A stretch of DNA of 64,000 nt, taken from IMG/VR virus record IMGVR_UViG_3300032770_000001, positions 248,001 to 312,000 of that record; one strand, given 5' to 3'. Both the position numbers and the translations under genes were made by a program. Below the pieces are notes generated by a model, which saw nothing but the letters and a program-made list of their open reading frames with translations, was not told the DNA's origin and did no database searches. Positions 40,221-49,973 of this stretch are shown here, piece by piece (position 1 is the stretch's first letter; every line of letters starts with the position of its first letter).

Positions 40221-41047
40221 ACGTCAAGCGTTGTTGTGGGTGTGGGCTTGTAACATCTCGGATCGGACCGAACAGCTTTCGAACAACGATCAACCCACTT
40301 CAGCTTGTGGGAATTACCGACGAGCATTGGGCTTCGGGCACCTGTCCTGTTTGTTATACCCCCACATTGAAAGACGGAGCAGGAATAACGATTCGTTTGG
40401 TCGGCAACTCCCTTTATGAGGTTGTGGGACAAAATAAAACTCTTGATCGAAATGAACTCGTTACGTACCTGTGGGAGCAAGGTCTGAGTGCGCGAGAAAC
40501 GGCTACCGTTTCTGGTATGATCCACGGGTATCACGAAGCAACGTTTTAACGGTATTCCCGCACGGTAACATTCACCGTGTGATCGTGCGGGAAACCTGAT
40601 TTGTTACCGGACGGGAATATGCCACACGTGCAGGGTTGCTTGTTTTGTTTGCTGGAAAAGCTAACTGTGATCTTCGGCTTCGCGGCAATAGGGCTGGTGT
40701 GCATCTTCGGGATGCTGGTGGACGCGGTTCATTTTCGCTTCCTGATGGCAGCCAAGGATTTGATCGGTTATTTCATCGCTATAGTAGGGATCAGCGTGGT
40801 ACCGAAAATGATAGATCGGTTTCACGGTTTACTGGATCAGTGGGGATTATGAAGGTCAACCATCAACGCGGGTATCGGGACGAGCGGGATTACAATGCAA
40901 TCCTGCGTGGTGGTTGCTGGACATGCGGAAAGCATGGAGCCGCGAGAAACAGACGCGGTCGCAAGAAGTTTTTCAACTCTCGTGAGCGATTCCGGACGCA
41001 CATGGAAACTCGGAAGCTTGCGAAAGATGGTGTGGTAGAGTAGGATT

Positions 41048-41123
41048 GACCCCGTAGCTCAGATGGAAGAGCGGTGCGGTCCTAACGCACAGGTCGAGAG
41101 TTCGAATCTCTCCGGGGTCTCCA
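41048..41123 (+). tRNA. tRNA-Arg(CCT)
   Basis: GTGCG-GTCCTAA-CGCAC; GACCCCG/CGGGGTC. Confidence 0.92.
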
Positions 41124-41290
41124 AGTTATGAACTGGATGTGGCTTTGCAGGATTGGTTTTCACGATTGGGTGTATTCAGTGTTTCGTCCTGTTGCACCTG
41201 AATGTGGTGGTGCCGTACCTTGCTACTACGAGAAACGCTGTGAGCGTTGCGGTCTCGAAGAGAAGGGCGAGGGTTGGTTTTAGGGGGCGT

Positions 41291-41509
41291 ATGCCTACTT
41301 TGGTGATTGAGTTCAATCGCAAGATGAATGACATCCTCCAGCAGATGGCGGATGAGAAGGGCACGACCAAGGTAGATATCATCCGGCGTGCCGTGGCGTT
41401 GTACAAGTACCTGACTAACGAACTAGCCTGTCGCCGTAAGGGTGACACGCCGAAGAAGTTGGTCATTCGCCGGGGCGATCTGATCTTGAAAGAAGTCGTA
41501 TTGCCGTGA
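41291..41509 (+). CDS. ribbon-helix-helix (CopG-like) DNA-binding protein
   Basis: LVIEF...LQQMADEKGTTKVDIIRRAVALY. Confidence 0.75.
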   Translation: MPTLVIEFNRKMNDILQQMADEKGTTKVDIIRRAVALYKYLTNELACRRKGDTPKKLVIRRGDLILKEVVLP

Positions 41510-42025
41510 GTCTTGAGTGCAGTGAGTGCGAACGCGATCTGCGCGGTCCTCATGCTGAGGATTGCTCAAGATACACGCCGCCAAGGGCTTGCAAGTGGTG
41601 CCCTCATGATGAATACGACCATGATGAGGAAGATTGGTGCTGGAAATGCGGCACCTTCGGCCCGTGTAGATTCTTTGAACCAGCTTCCTGAACCCTTAAA
41701 TAGGGGGCATGATGAAGCTGACGGAGTACGTGATTATCGCGGAACCGTTCGATACCTCAGACCTGACCTCGACGTTCTATGAGTCGGGCATAGACGAGGA
41801 AGACGCTCTGAAACAGTTCCGCAAGAAGCACCCAACGATGCGGGTGCAGGAAGTTCGGGAGCGGTAAATGGGCAAAAGGAAGCCGCAACCAAAGATCAAG
41901 TTTGTGTGCAAGTTGTGCGGTAAAGATGCGCCGAAGGATGAAGCTCAGTCCAATGAAAATTGGACAGTAGTTAGTACGACCTGTCCATGCGGCGGCACCA
42001 TGAAGATTGTTGTAGAATAAAGTTT

Positions 42026-42099
42026 AGCCCTGTCGTTCAACGGTAGGACATCTGCCTCTGGAGCAGAGTATCGGGGTTCGAATCCCTGTGGGGCTGCCA
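42026..42099 (+). tRNA. tRNA-Gln(CTG)
   Basis: TCTGC-CTCTGGA-GCAGA; GCCA end. Confidence 0.9.
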
Positions 42100-42100
42100 A

Positions 42101-42221
42101 GTGTACTCATGGGGGAAGCGAGTCGCCCCGTCCTCATGGGCATTAGAGGCGGCAGTTATCGCTCACTGTCGGAGCGGCAAAACGTCAGGATGTAAACGTG
42201 ACAGCCCGGAGAGACGGGCAC
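42101..42221 (+). ncRNA. structured RNA, possibly c4-antisense-like
   Basis: several hairpins ending GTGACAGCCCGGAGAGACGGGCAC, which resembles the c4 RNA 3' end as I recall it. Confidence 0.35.
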
Positions 42222-42344
42222 TTAAAGAGACCATGAACACTGCAATCAATCTCGTCGCAATGGCCTGCTTCGTAGCGGGTATGGTCGTATTCTATCTTGC
42301 ACTGACCTCCCTTCCCCTCAGACGAAAACGTTAACCACAAACGT

Positions 42345-42428
42345 GGGGGCGTAGTCGGGGGGCTCTTCTAAAGCCTTAGCCGTAAACCGGAACTGCGAAT
42401 GCGAGTTCGAATCTCGCCGCCCCTTCCA
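42345..42428 (+). tRNA. D-armless tRNA-Arg(TCT)-like RNA
   Basis: GGGGGCG/CGCCCCT-T-CCA; GGGCT-CTTCTAA-AGCCT; canonical T arm; only 7-8 nt in place of the D arm. Confidence 0.7.
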
Positions 42429-42439
42429 TATTTTTCTTT

Positions 42440-42514
42440 GGGAGTATCGTCTAATGTCAAGACCCCCGCCTTTTAAGCGGGCCGATCTCGGTTCGAATCC
42501 GGGTGCTCCCACCA
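42440..42514 (+). tRNA. tRNA-Lys(TTT)
   Basis: CCCGC-CTTTTAA-GCGGG; ACCA end. Confidence 0.92.
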
Positions 42515-42516
42515 AT

Positions 42517-42590
42517 GGGGGCGTAGCTCAGCGTAGAGCAGCGGGCTTTTAACCCGAAGCGCGTGGAATCAATCCCCACCGCCCCCACCA
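42517..42590 (+). tRNA. tRNA-Lys(TTT) with non-canonical T loop
   Basis: loop CTTTTAA; T loop reads ATCAATC; GGGGGCG/CGCCCCC-A-CCA. Confidence 0.78.
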
Positions 42591-42611
42591 AATCTCTGCT
42601 ATAATCCTTCC

Positions 42612-43010
42612 GTGACAATCTATCATCTCAGCGTCATGACATGGTGGGGCATGTGCCCCGGTGCCATCCATTATTTCGGCACTATCGACTCTCGCGATAT
42701 GGAAATGAAGACCGTCCACATCGACGGCGACCACGATCTCTACTCCGAAGAAGCCGTCATCAAGGAAGCTCGCCGCTGGTTCCGCAAGAACGCCAAGCGT
42801 GGCGACATCATGCTGCTCGGCGGTGCTGCCTATCGCGATCCGCAGAAGGTTCTGTGCGGCCCGGCAGAGTTCAAGAAGAAAGGCAATGCCTTGTACGCCA
42901 AGGCTGAGGCGATTGATTTCTGGGAGAAAGATGAAGCCCGGATGCAGAAGCTTTCCGATCAATGGGACGTACTCATCGAAAAGTATGGGACAAGTCACAA
43001 GGCAAAATAG
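42612..43010 (+). CDS. hypothetical protein
   Basis: GTG start just after TGC-TATAAT. Confidence 0.6.
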   Translation: MTIYHLSVMTWWGMCPGAIHYFGTIDSRDMEMKTVHIDGDHDLYSEEAVIKEARRWFRKNAKRGDIMLLGGAAYRDPQKVLCGPAEFKKKGNALYAKAEAIDFWEKDEARMQKLSDQWDVLIEKYGTSHKAK

Positions 43011-43360
43011 AATATGGCTGTTCGGCTACTGTTGGAAGTATGCGGTCGCTCTGAACATGCTCAAAGGCTGGCGGATTTGGATGTGCTCGGAGACGCCCGA
43101 CCCGGATGACGGATTCTACCATGCAGTCGTGGAGCGCGACGACGGGATGCTGTATGACGCGAGCGGTGTAGTTACGACCGAGGAATTGATGAAGCGTTAC
43201 AAACGTCGGGAATGCTTCCTGTGCTACCCGCAGCAACACCACTACTACCACACCGACATGGGAGCCGCGATCAACGATGCAGCACAGCAGTTGCAAAAGG
43301 TCGGTTTGTATTGACACTTTTTTACCGCTACCGGGTTATATAGTCAGGAGGGTCTACCTC

Positions 43361-43813
43361 ATGAAGAAGTTAGCGTTGATTTTCGCAGTATTGATGGCAT
43401 TTTCACTCCCCGCTCTGGCACAGCATCGCGGCAGTGGGGGTGGTGGGCACTGGGGCGGCGGACGTGAACCACACGAGCACACGCAGGCGATCCGTCAGAA
43501 TCACCAAGCCTATCGCGGACATGGCAGCCCGGAAATTCGCGATCACTGGGATGGTCGCCGCTTCGACCGCGCCTATTTCGGAGCCCACTGGGGCTACGGT
43601 CACCAGTTCTACTGGTATCACTGCCGCTGGTGGGGACCGCGTTTCGTGGTCGGCAGCCGCTTCTACTATGGCGGTGCGTGGTTTATGATCGTCGATCCGA
43701 TTCCGGATTACTGGGGTGATGAGTATGTCTACATCGACGAGATCGACGGTATCTACTACCTTGTCAATCCGCTGTATCCCGGCACTCACATTGTAGTCAA
43801 CGTCGTGTTCTAA
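43361..43813 (+). CDS. secreted Gly/His/Arg/aromatic-rich protein
   Basis: AGGAGG RBS; signal MKKLALIFAVLMAFSLPALA. Confidence 0.78.
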   Translation: MKKLALIFAVLMAFSLPALAQHRGSGGGGHWGGGREPHEHTQAIRQNHQAYRGHGSPEIRDHWDGRRFDRAYFGAHWGYGHQFYWYHCRWWGPRFVVGSRFYYGGAWFMIVDPIPDYWGDEYVYIDEIDGIYYLVNPLYPGTHIVVNVVF

Positions 43814-46687
43814 AATGAGGGGGAGAAATCCCCCTCTTCTCTTCCCAAAACGACGGCGGTCGAGGTATTATTCCAATATGACTCGTCACCCTTCCGTCAT
43901 CGATGTCCGCATCAAAAACTCCGAGAACAACACGTTCTACTATTTCGCCGCACGCGAAGATCGCTTGAAGGCGTTTTACCAATTCATCGTCGCCGACCGT
44001 AAGACCGTTCCCGGCCCATTCATTCCCGGCATCTCCGGGATGGCACTGGAAGGAAGCAAGTGTCTTTTCACTAGCCAGTTCAACAAATTTCCATCCATGG
44101 ACGTGTTGGCATGGCTTCGCGATCAGCAGAAGACTTACCTCGGCGAATACCCGAATCCGAAAATCGAAATCCCGGAGATCGAGAACGCACTGGAACGTTT
44201 CGGTCTGGTAACACCACAGTTGCATCAAGACGGCAGCGGGGAAGAGATCGTAGTGGAGCCTGCATCGAATGCTGAATGAGTTGTTGCAGAAGCTTCGACA
44301 GTTGAAGCGAGATTACATCGCTGGTAAGCTGTCCAAGCAGGAAGTCGTCGATCAGATGGGGCTGTTGCTGCGTCAACGCGGCATGATGGCTCCGGATGCC
44401 ACGATGCATATCGAAGACTTGCCGGAGGAATTCTGGCTACCGTGCGACTGTATCCTGTGTCGTGCTGAGCGTGGCGAAGTGCCGCTGCCAGTAGACGCTG
44501 TCATGGAAGTCGAGGCTCTGCGTACCGCCTACCAGTTCGGGATGATGAGTAAGGTGGAAGCCTTGATGAAGATTCAAGTCGTATTCCGGCGTCACGGTGT
44601 GAGTGAAGCCGATGCGACAGCTTATTGGAAAAATCCAATGAACAAGAGGACGCCACACGACGTTGAAATCAAGCCCATGTCCGACAGTGAGAAGGATTTC
44701 TTCGCCGGGTTGGAAAAACAGATGAAGGACGTTCCAAAGGATGAAAAATGACTAAAGGTGCTTTAGAAGTTCTCCGTGTAGCCTTACGAAATATCTGTGC
44801 TCTCCCACAACCGGATGGACACGACTGTGATGACGACATGGTAATCGACACCCTGTCCAAGATGATCGGGGGCGAAATGTTTGGTTTTGAGGTTTGGGCT
44901 ACCCAAGGTCAGGGTGGGGTTTTGGATGAGACCTACCCAACGTTCGAAGAAGCTTTGGCTCACGTGGAGCAGCACAAGGGTGATGCTTCCTTCGGTATTA
45001 AATACCCCAACGGCAACTGGCATAAATGGGCATGAGAATCGCCAAGATCAAGTTCAGCGAAGAGCAGGTTCGAATGATGGTCGATGGTAAGACCGTCGTT
45101 GTGCGTACCACCGAGGGCGAGATGCATCTGACCATGGATCAGACTCGTGTTGAACTTCGCCGTGCCGCCGACAAGCTGAAGGACATCGGCAAAACCAAGA
45201 CCGGGTTCGAAGACCTGTTCGGTGACGGTTTCGATTTTAACGGCAAGAGTGGCGGATTCAAAGACATCTTCAACGACATCATGGGTAAGAAGAAATGAAT
45301 CTCGGTTACGGACTAATCGAACGCAAGAAACGATACACGCTGGAGGAAGTTCTTGCGTGGAAATATCCGGGCTTCAAGATCAAAAAGACCTACAGCGAAC
45401 GAGAAGTGCTGCGGATGAAGGGGATGCTGGGTGGAACCGGACTATATGCTGGTGCCCTCATGATCTATGATGACTGCCCTACTGAAGTGGGACACATCAT
45501 CGACCGTCAGCTTCGCAAGCACAACATGTCATTCAGTTTCCGGAAAGGTCAGCGTTCCAAGGTGGTTCAGCTTGATGACGCCAAGCCCTTGCCGACGAAT
45601 TACTTTTTCATAGCAGAGAAGATCATCGGAGAGGCATACGATGAATATTTACGACGAGAAGAACAACGGTCCGGTAACGGAAATCGCTGATCCCGGTTTC
45701 CGCGATCAGGACATCGAGGTCGGCGACGTAGTCACGATTGTGGCTCCCCCCATTCGACGCATGGGCGGCTGGTTTGCGCACCCGCATGTGGGGCGCTCCG
45801 GCAGGGTCGTGGATTACCAGCGACGTGCGAATGGCGATCCCTACGGTCGTGTGGTAGAATTGGCTGGGGGCGATCTCCGCAACGTTCGCGTCTGCGTATT
45901 TGATGACCGCGAACTTCGCAAGGGGCGGATGTAAAGGAAAAGAAAAAATGAGCGTTTCTCTGTACCGACGAATACGTCAAGCGGAAAGTCTGCGAAGCAG
46001 GTTGATTGGCAGGGTGAAGCGTCGTTGCGTGTACGAACCTCACACCATTCGGTGCTACTATCCCGCGAAACGCGGCTTCATTTACTGCCCACTGCACATC
46101 AAGGAAAATTTACAAGTGGCGCTCATATCGAGTACCATGAAACAAGCCCTTGATGCCCTCAGGGTGAAAAACAATCCTTGGGCCGTAAAGCGGCTCACCG
46201 AACGGGAGTAATCTATGTACGGAGCATTTCTCGAAACTCTAGCGGACATGGGCTTTCGCAGTTCTCTGGAAAAGATGGGAGCTATCCCCAAAGGTCCGAA
46301 ATCCAAGCCCCCGGCGTTGCCGCCCGATCCGATTCTTGAAGCCCTCGGCACTCTTCATATCTGCCCTGACTGCAAAGGCAACACGTTCATCATGGGACCG
46401 CAGGGCGGCATGAGTCAGAACATCAAGTGTGAGAACCGTGAGTGCGGCTCTGAGTTTTCCGTCGCTCCGTTCGAAGATGGGCAATGGCTTGATGTGCCCA
46501 TGATGGCGAAGCGCACCAACCGCAGTGAAGCGGATAGCATATCACTATACGGTTTTGGCTATGGACGATTTCATTCAAATTCCACTTCAACCTCTGCGAC
46601 TGTCTGAGTTGGACAGGCGGATGGAAGAAAGCCGACTGGCGCTGATACGCGACATCGTCAACGCTCTCGGAATACCACCGGAGTATT

Positions 46688-47386
46688 TTGATGGAAAAAA
46701 CAAAACTTCAAACCGTTATTGACATGATCGCGGCGTCAGTCCGCGAAGGTATCACCACGATGGAACTGGAGCAACAGGCGGTGCGTGCTTTCAACCTCCT
46801 GAACGTCCAGCCAGCGTTTTTAGGCTATCAGCCGCGAGGCGCAAAGGGCGGCTACCCGTTCGTCACCTGCATCTCGATCAATAACGAAGCCATCCACGGG
46901 TTGCCATCCGAACGAAAGATCGAGGAAGGTGACATGGTGAAGATCGATACGGGACTTATCGACAATGGACAGTACGATGATGGAGCCACGACTGTATTGG
47001 TCGGCAAATGCTCAGCCGTTGCCCGTCGCTTGTTTTGGGCTACGCAGGCGGCACTGGAAGCCGGGGTCGATCAAGCGAAGGCTGGCAAGACCAATCACGA
47101 TATCGCTCGTGCGATTCAAGAGGTCGCCGAAGACAACGAGTTCGGCATTGTCGAAGGTTTTGCTGGTCACGGCATCGGCGAGAAACTGCATCTGGAGCCG
47201 ACCATTCCGAACCGTGTCGAAGGTCCGGAAGTCAAGCTAGAGTCCGGAATGCGCATCTGCATCGAGCCCATGTTCACGTCCAAGAAGGGAAACGGTCGCG
47301 TGTATACGGACGCTAACGGCTGGACAGTCAAGCTGGTCGGCGGCGGTCTGGCGGCACATTTTGAACGTTCGATCACAATCGCATGA
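46688..47386 (+). CDS. map: methionine aminopeptidase type I
   Basis: CISINNEAIHGLP, DTG...DDGATT, GHGIG, IEPM, AHFE. Confidence 0.93.
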   Translation: MMEKTKLQTVIDMIAASVREGITTMELEQQAVRAFNLLNVQPAFLGYQPRGAKGGYPFVTCISINNEAIHGLPSERKIEEGDMVKIDTGLIDNGQYDDGATTVLVGKCSAVARRLFWATQAALEAGVDQAKAGKTNHDIARAIQEVAEDNEFGIVEGFAGHGIGEKLHLEPTIPNRVEGPEVKLESGMRICIEPMFTSKKGNGRVYTDANGWTVKLVGGGLAAHFERSITIA

Positions 47387-48929
47387 ATAACTACTGGTGC
47401 CATTGCGGGTGGGGAACATTCGTTGCGGACGGCATAGCGATGGCCGATCCGCCGCAGTGTCCGCTGTGTGAGTGCTATACTTTCTGCGAAAGGGAGAAAG
47501 GAACGTTCTGGGATTCGGACAAGCACTGTGTCGTGAAAAAGCAGAAAGAACGCTATCCGTATCTTGAAAGCGTGGTGTCGTACATAGAGTCGCTCCCGCA
47601 TCGGCACATAGATTTCTACGTCAGGCATAAAGTCGGGAAACAATTCAACCTCACCCCGGAAGAAGTTTGCGGCGTGCTGGATGAAATTGAAGAAATGAAG
47701 GAATATGCGAAACGCTAAGAGATTTCTCGAATTGCTGACAAAGGCATTTCCGATTGACGTGAACCACCGCCACAACCTCACTGTGAATAACAACGGTTTG
47801 CTCACAATCACTATTTGGCTTCCATTCCATGGCGGGTTCGCAGCCCAACCCTTCACGCTTAACGACGCCGATTTGGAAAAACCTTTGGAACAGATCGTTG
47901 AAGAGACCATGAACTGCGCACCAAAATTACTATGAAACTGATTCGACAAGGCACCAAGCACGAACGCACTTTCCGGGGAACCTGTCACCACTGCGGTTCT
48001 GAATGGGAAGCTATGGAGCAAGAGCTTCAGGGCAAGATCACGGACGATCAACGGGACGGTGAGTTTGCTCGCACTAAATGCACCGCTCGCAACTGCGGCC
48101 ATGAACTAATTTTGTATCCGGTGAAGGAAGAAGCTCCCGGCAGTCCGAGTTGGATGCAACGATGAAGTGCCCCTACCACACTTGGAGTTGCCCGATTTGC
48201 TGGACACTTCGTGCCGCCGTTGTCTTGTTCATCTTGGCGGTCGTTGTCGCTACTTGCAGAGCGGATATCCCGCGTGATCCCTTCATCAAGCCTCGCACTC
48301 CAACTTTCAAAGAGGCAAAGCACAAAAACGGCGGTCGCTGGTACATGGCGGCGGACGGCCATGCAGTCTACTGTTACGGTCCGAAAATGCTTGTGCGCAA
48401 TGCGGTGGGTGACATCGAGCCCGTCGCAACATTTTGTCGCGATGGTCGTTCCATCGTCCCTTTGAAACAATAGCGAAACATGGTATTAAACATCAGGAGC
48501 CTTTTCCTGATGCGAAAGAAGATTCAGAAACTCACCGAAGAAGACCTCGAACGGTACGAACGCGCTCTTCAACTTTGGGAAGTTGCACTTCAAAGACAAG
48601 AAGACGAACTGGAACAACGGGAAGACAACCTCCTGATGGAACTGACGGGCAAGTCACTCATCCGAACAGCCGAGATCAATCAACTCGAAGCACTCTACAA
48701 ACTGGAAGACACCCGGAAACACGAAGACCCGCCACAAGGTGGGACGGGTCTTTGATCGTGCTAGATTTTAAGATCACCCCCTCTCAGAATTGGACTTTTG
48801 TTGAGATGTAACCTCCGGATGGTTGAAGCTGCGTTGAGTCGGAAAGATTCATCGGCAAGTCCTCCTGAGGGGAGTATTGAATTGTATACCGGGCAGAGCC
48901 CTCAGTAAGGGGTTCGGTAGCGGCGAAAC

Positions 48930-49973
48930 ATGGAACGTAGATCAAAAGTTTTCGGAGCGGTCTTCGGGCAAGCAATTGGCGATGCTCTCGGACATCCTCG
49001 CGAATTCGCTAACTCCCGTATGGTCAAAGGGGTATGGTCGCCCGTAGTTATCGAAGACCTTCCAGAAAAGAACAAATTCACCGACGATACGCAGATGTTC
49101 TGCTGCATCGGTGAGGCTCTCATATCCGACCCCCCACACGTTGATGAGAACAAGTTCATGGAGGCGGTCAGCCGGAATTTCGTGGTGTGGAAAGACAAGC
49201 CATTAGGCGGTGACCACCGGGCACCGGGCGGCTCCTGTATGGCGGGAGTTCGGAAATTGAGTGCCGGAGTGCCGTGGCTTGAATCCGGAGGGCTACAAGC
49301 GAAGGGAAACGGCACTGCCATGCGTTCTGGCGTGGTGGGTGCCTATTACTGGAGCACCCCGGACTATGCGTTCAGGATCGGGGCACTGACTGCCGTCAAC
49401 ACGCATTACAACTTGGAACCCATCATCGGAGCCGGGATAGTCAGCTACCTAGTTGCGGCGTCGATTAAGGGAATCGAATTTTCGACTGCGGTCGGCTGCG
49501 CCTTCAAGCTGGCAAGCGAATTCGATGACTTGACGGTCGTGGCTCATTATCCCCAGCAAGTGCGCCTCGGACCGGGGGAGGCGAATCAAAATCCATGGTA
49601 CGCCATTGGGCATATCGCAGCCAGTTTTGCCTTCGGAAATGGGAAATCGGTCAATATCAAAGCCTTTAATAAGTGGAATGGGGATGACTTCGCGGTCATT
49701 CCAGCGGTTGCCGCAGCCGTGTTTTACAACGCACGGTACAGTACCTACCGAGACATCGTCCTGAACTGCGTGAACAACACCGGGGACTGCGACACCACCA
49801 CTGCCATCGCTGGCACCATTGCCGGAGCCCGATTTGGGACGCCGGGAATAGATCAAGAGTGGATCATGCGGGTGGAACTCAGCGAGTATTTAGCGACACT
49901 GGCGGATCAGATTTATCAGGGCAGTATTACGTTAGTAGGACAGGAGAAAGAAACGCATGGATCGCATTCGTAG
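48930..49973 (+). CDS. ADP-ribosylglycohydrolase (DraG/ARH family)
   Basis: AIGDALG, TDDTQM, GNGTAMR, GDCDTTTAIAG. Confidence 0.93.
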   Translation: MERRSKVFGAVFGQAIGDALGHPREFANSRMVKGVWSPVVIEDLPEKNKFTDDTQMFCCIGEALISDPPHVDENKFMEAVSRNFVVWKDKPLGGDHRAPGGSCMAGVRKLSAGVPWLESGGLQAKGNGTAMRSGVVGAYYWSTPDYAFRIGALTAVNTHYNLEPIIGAGIVSYLVAASIKGIEFSTAVGCAFKLASEFDDLTVVAHYPQQVRLGPGEANQNPWYAIGHIAASFAFGNGKSVNIKAFNKWNGDDFAVIPAVAAAVFYNARYSTYRDIVLNCVNNTGDCDTTTAIAGTIAGARFGTPGIDQEWIMRVELSEYLATLADQIYQGSITLVGQEKETHGSHS

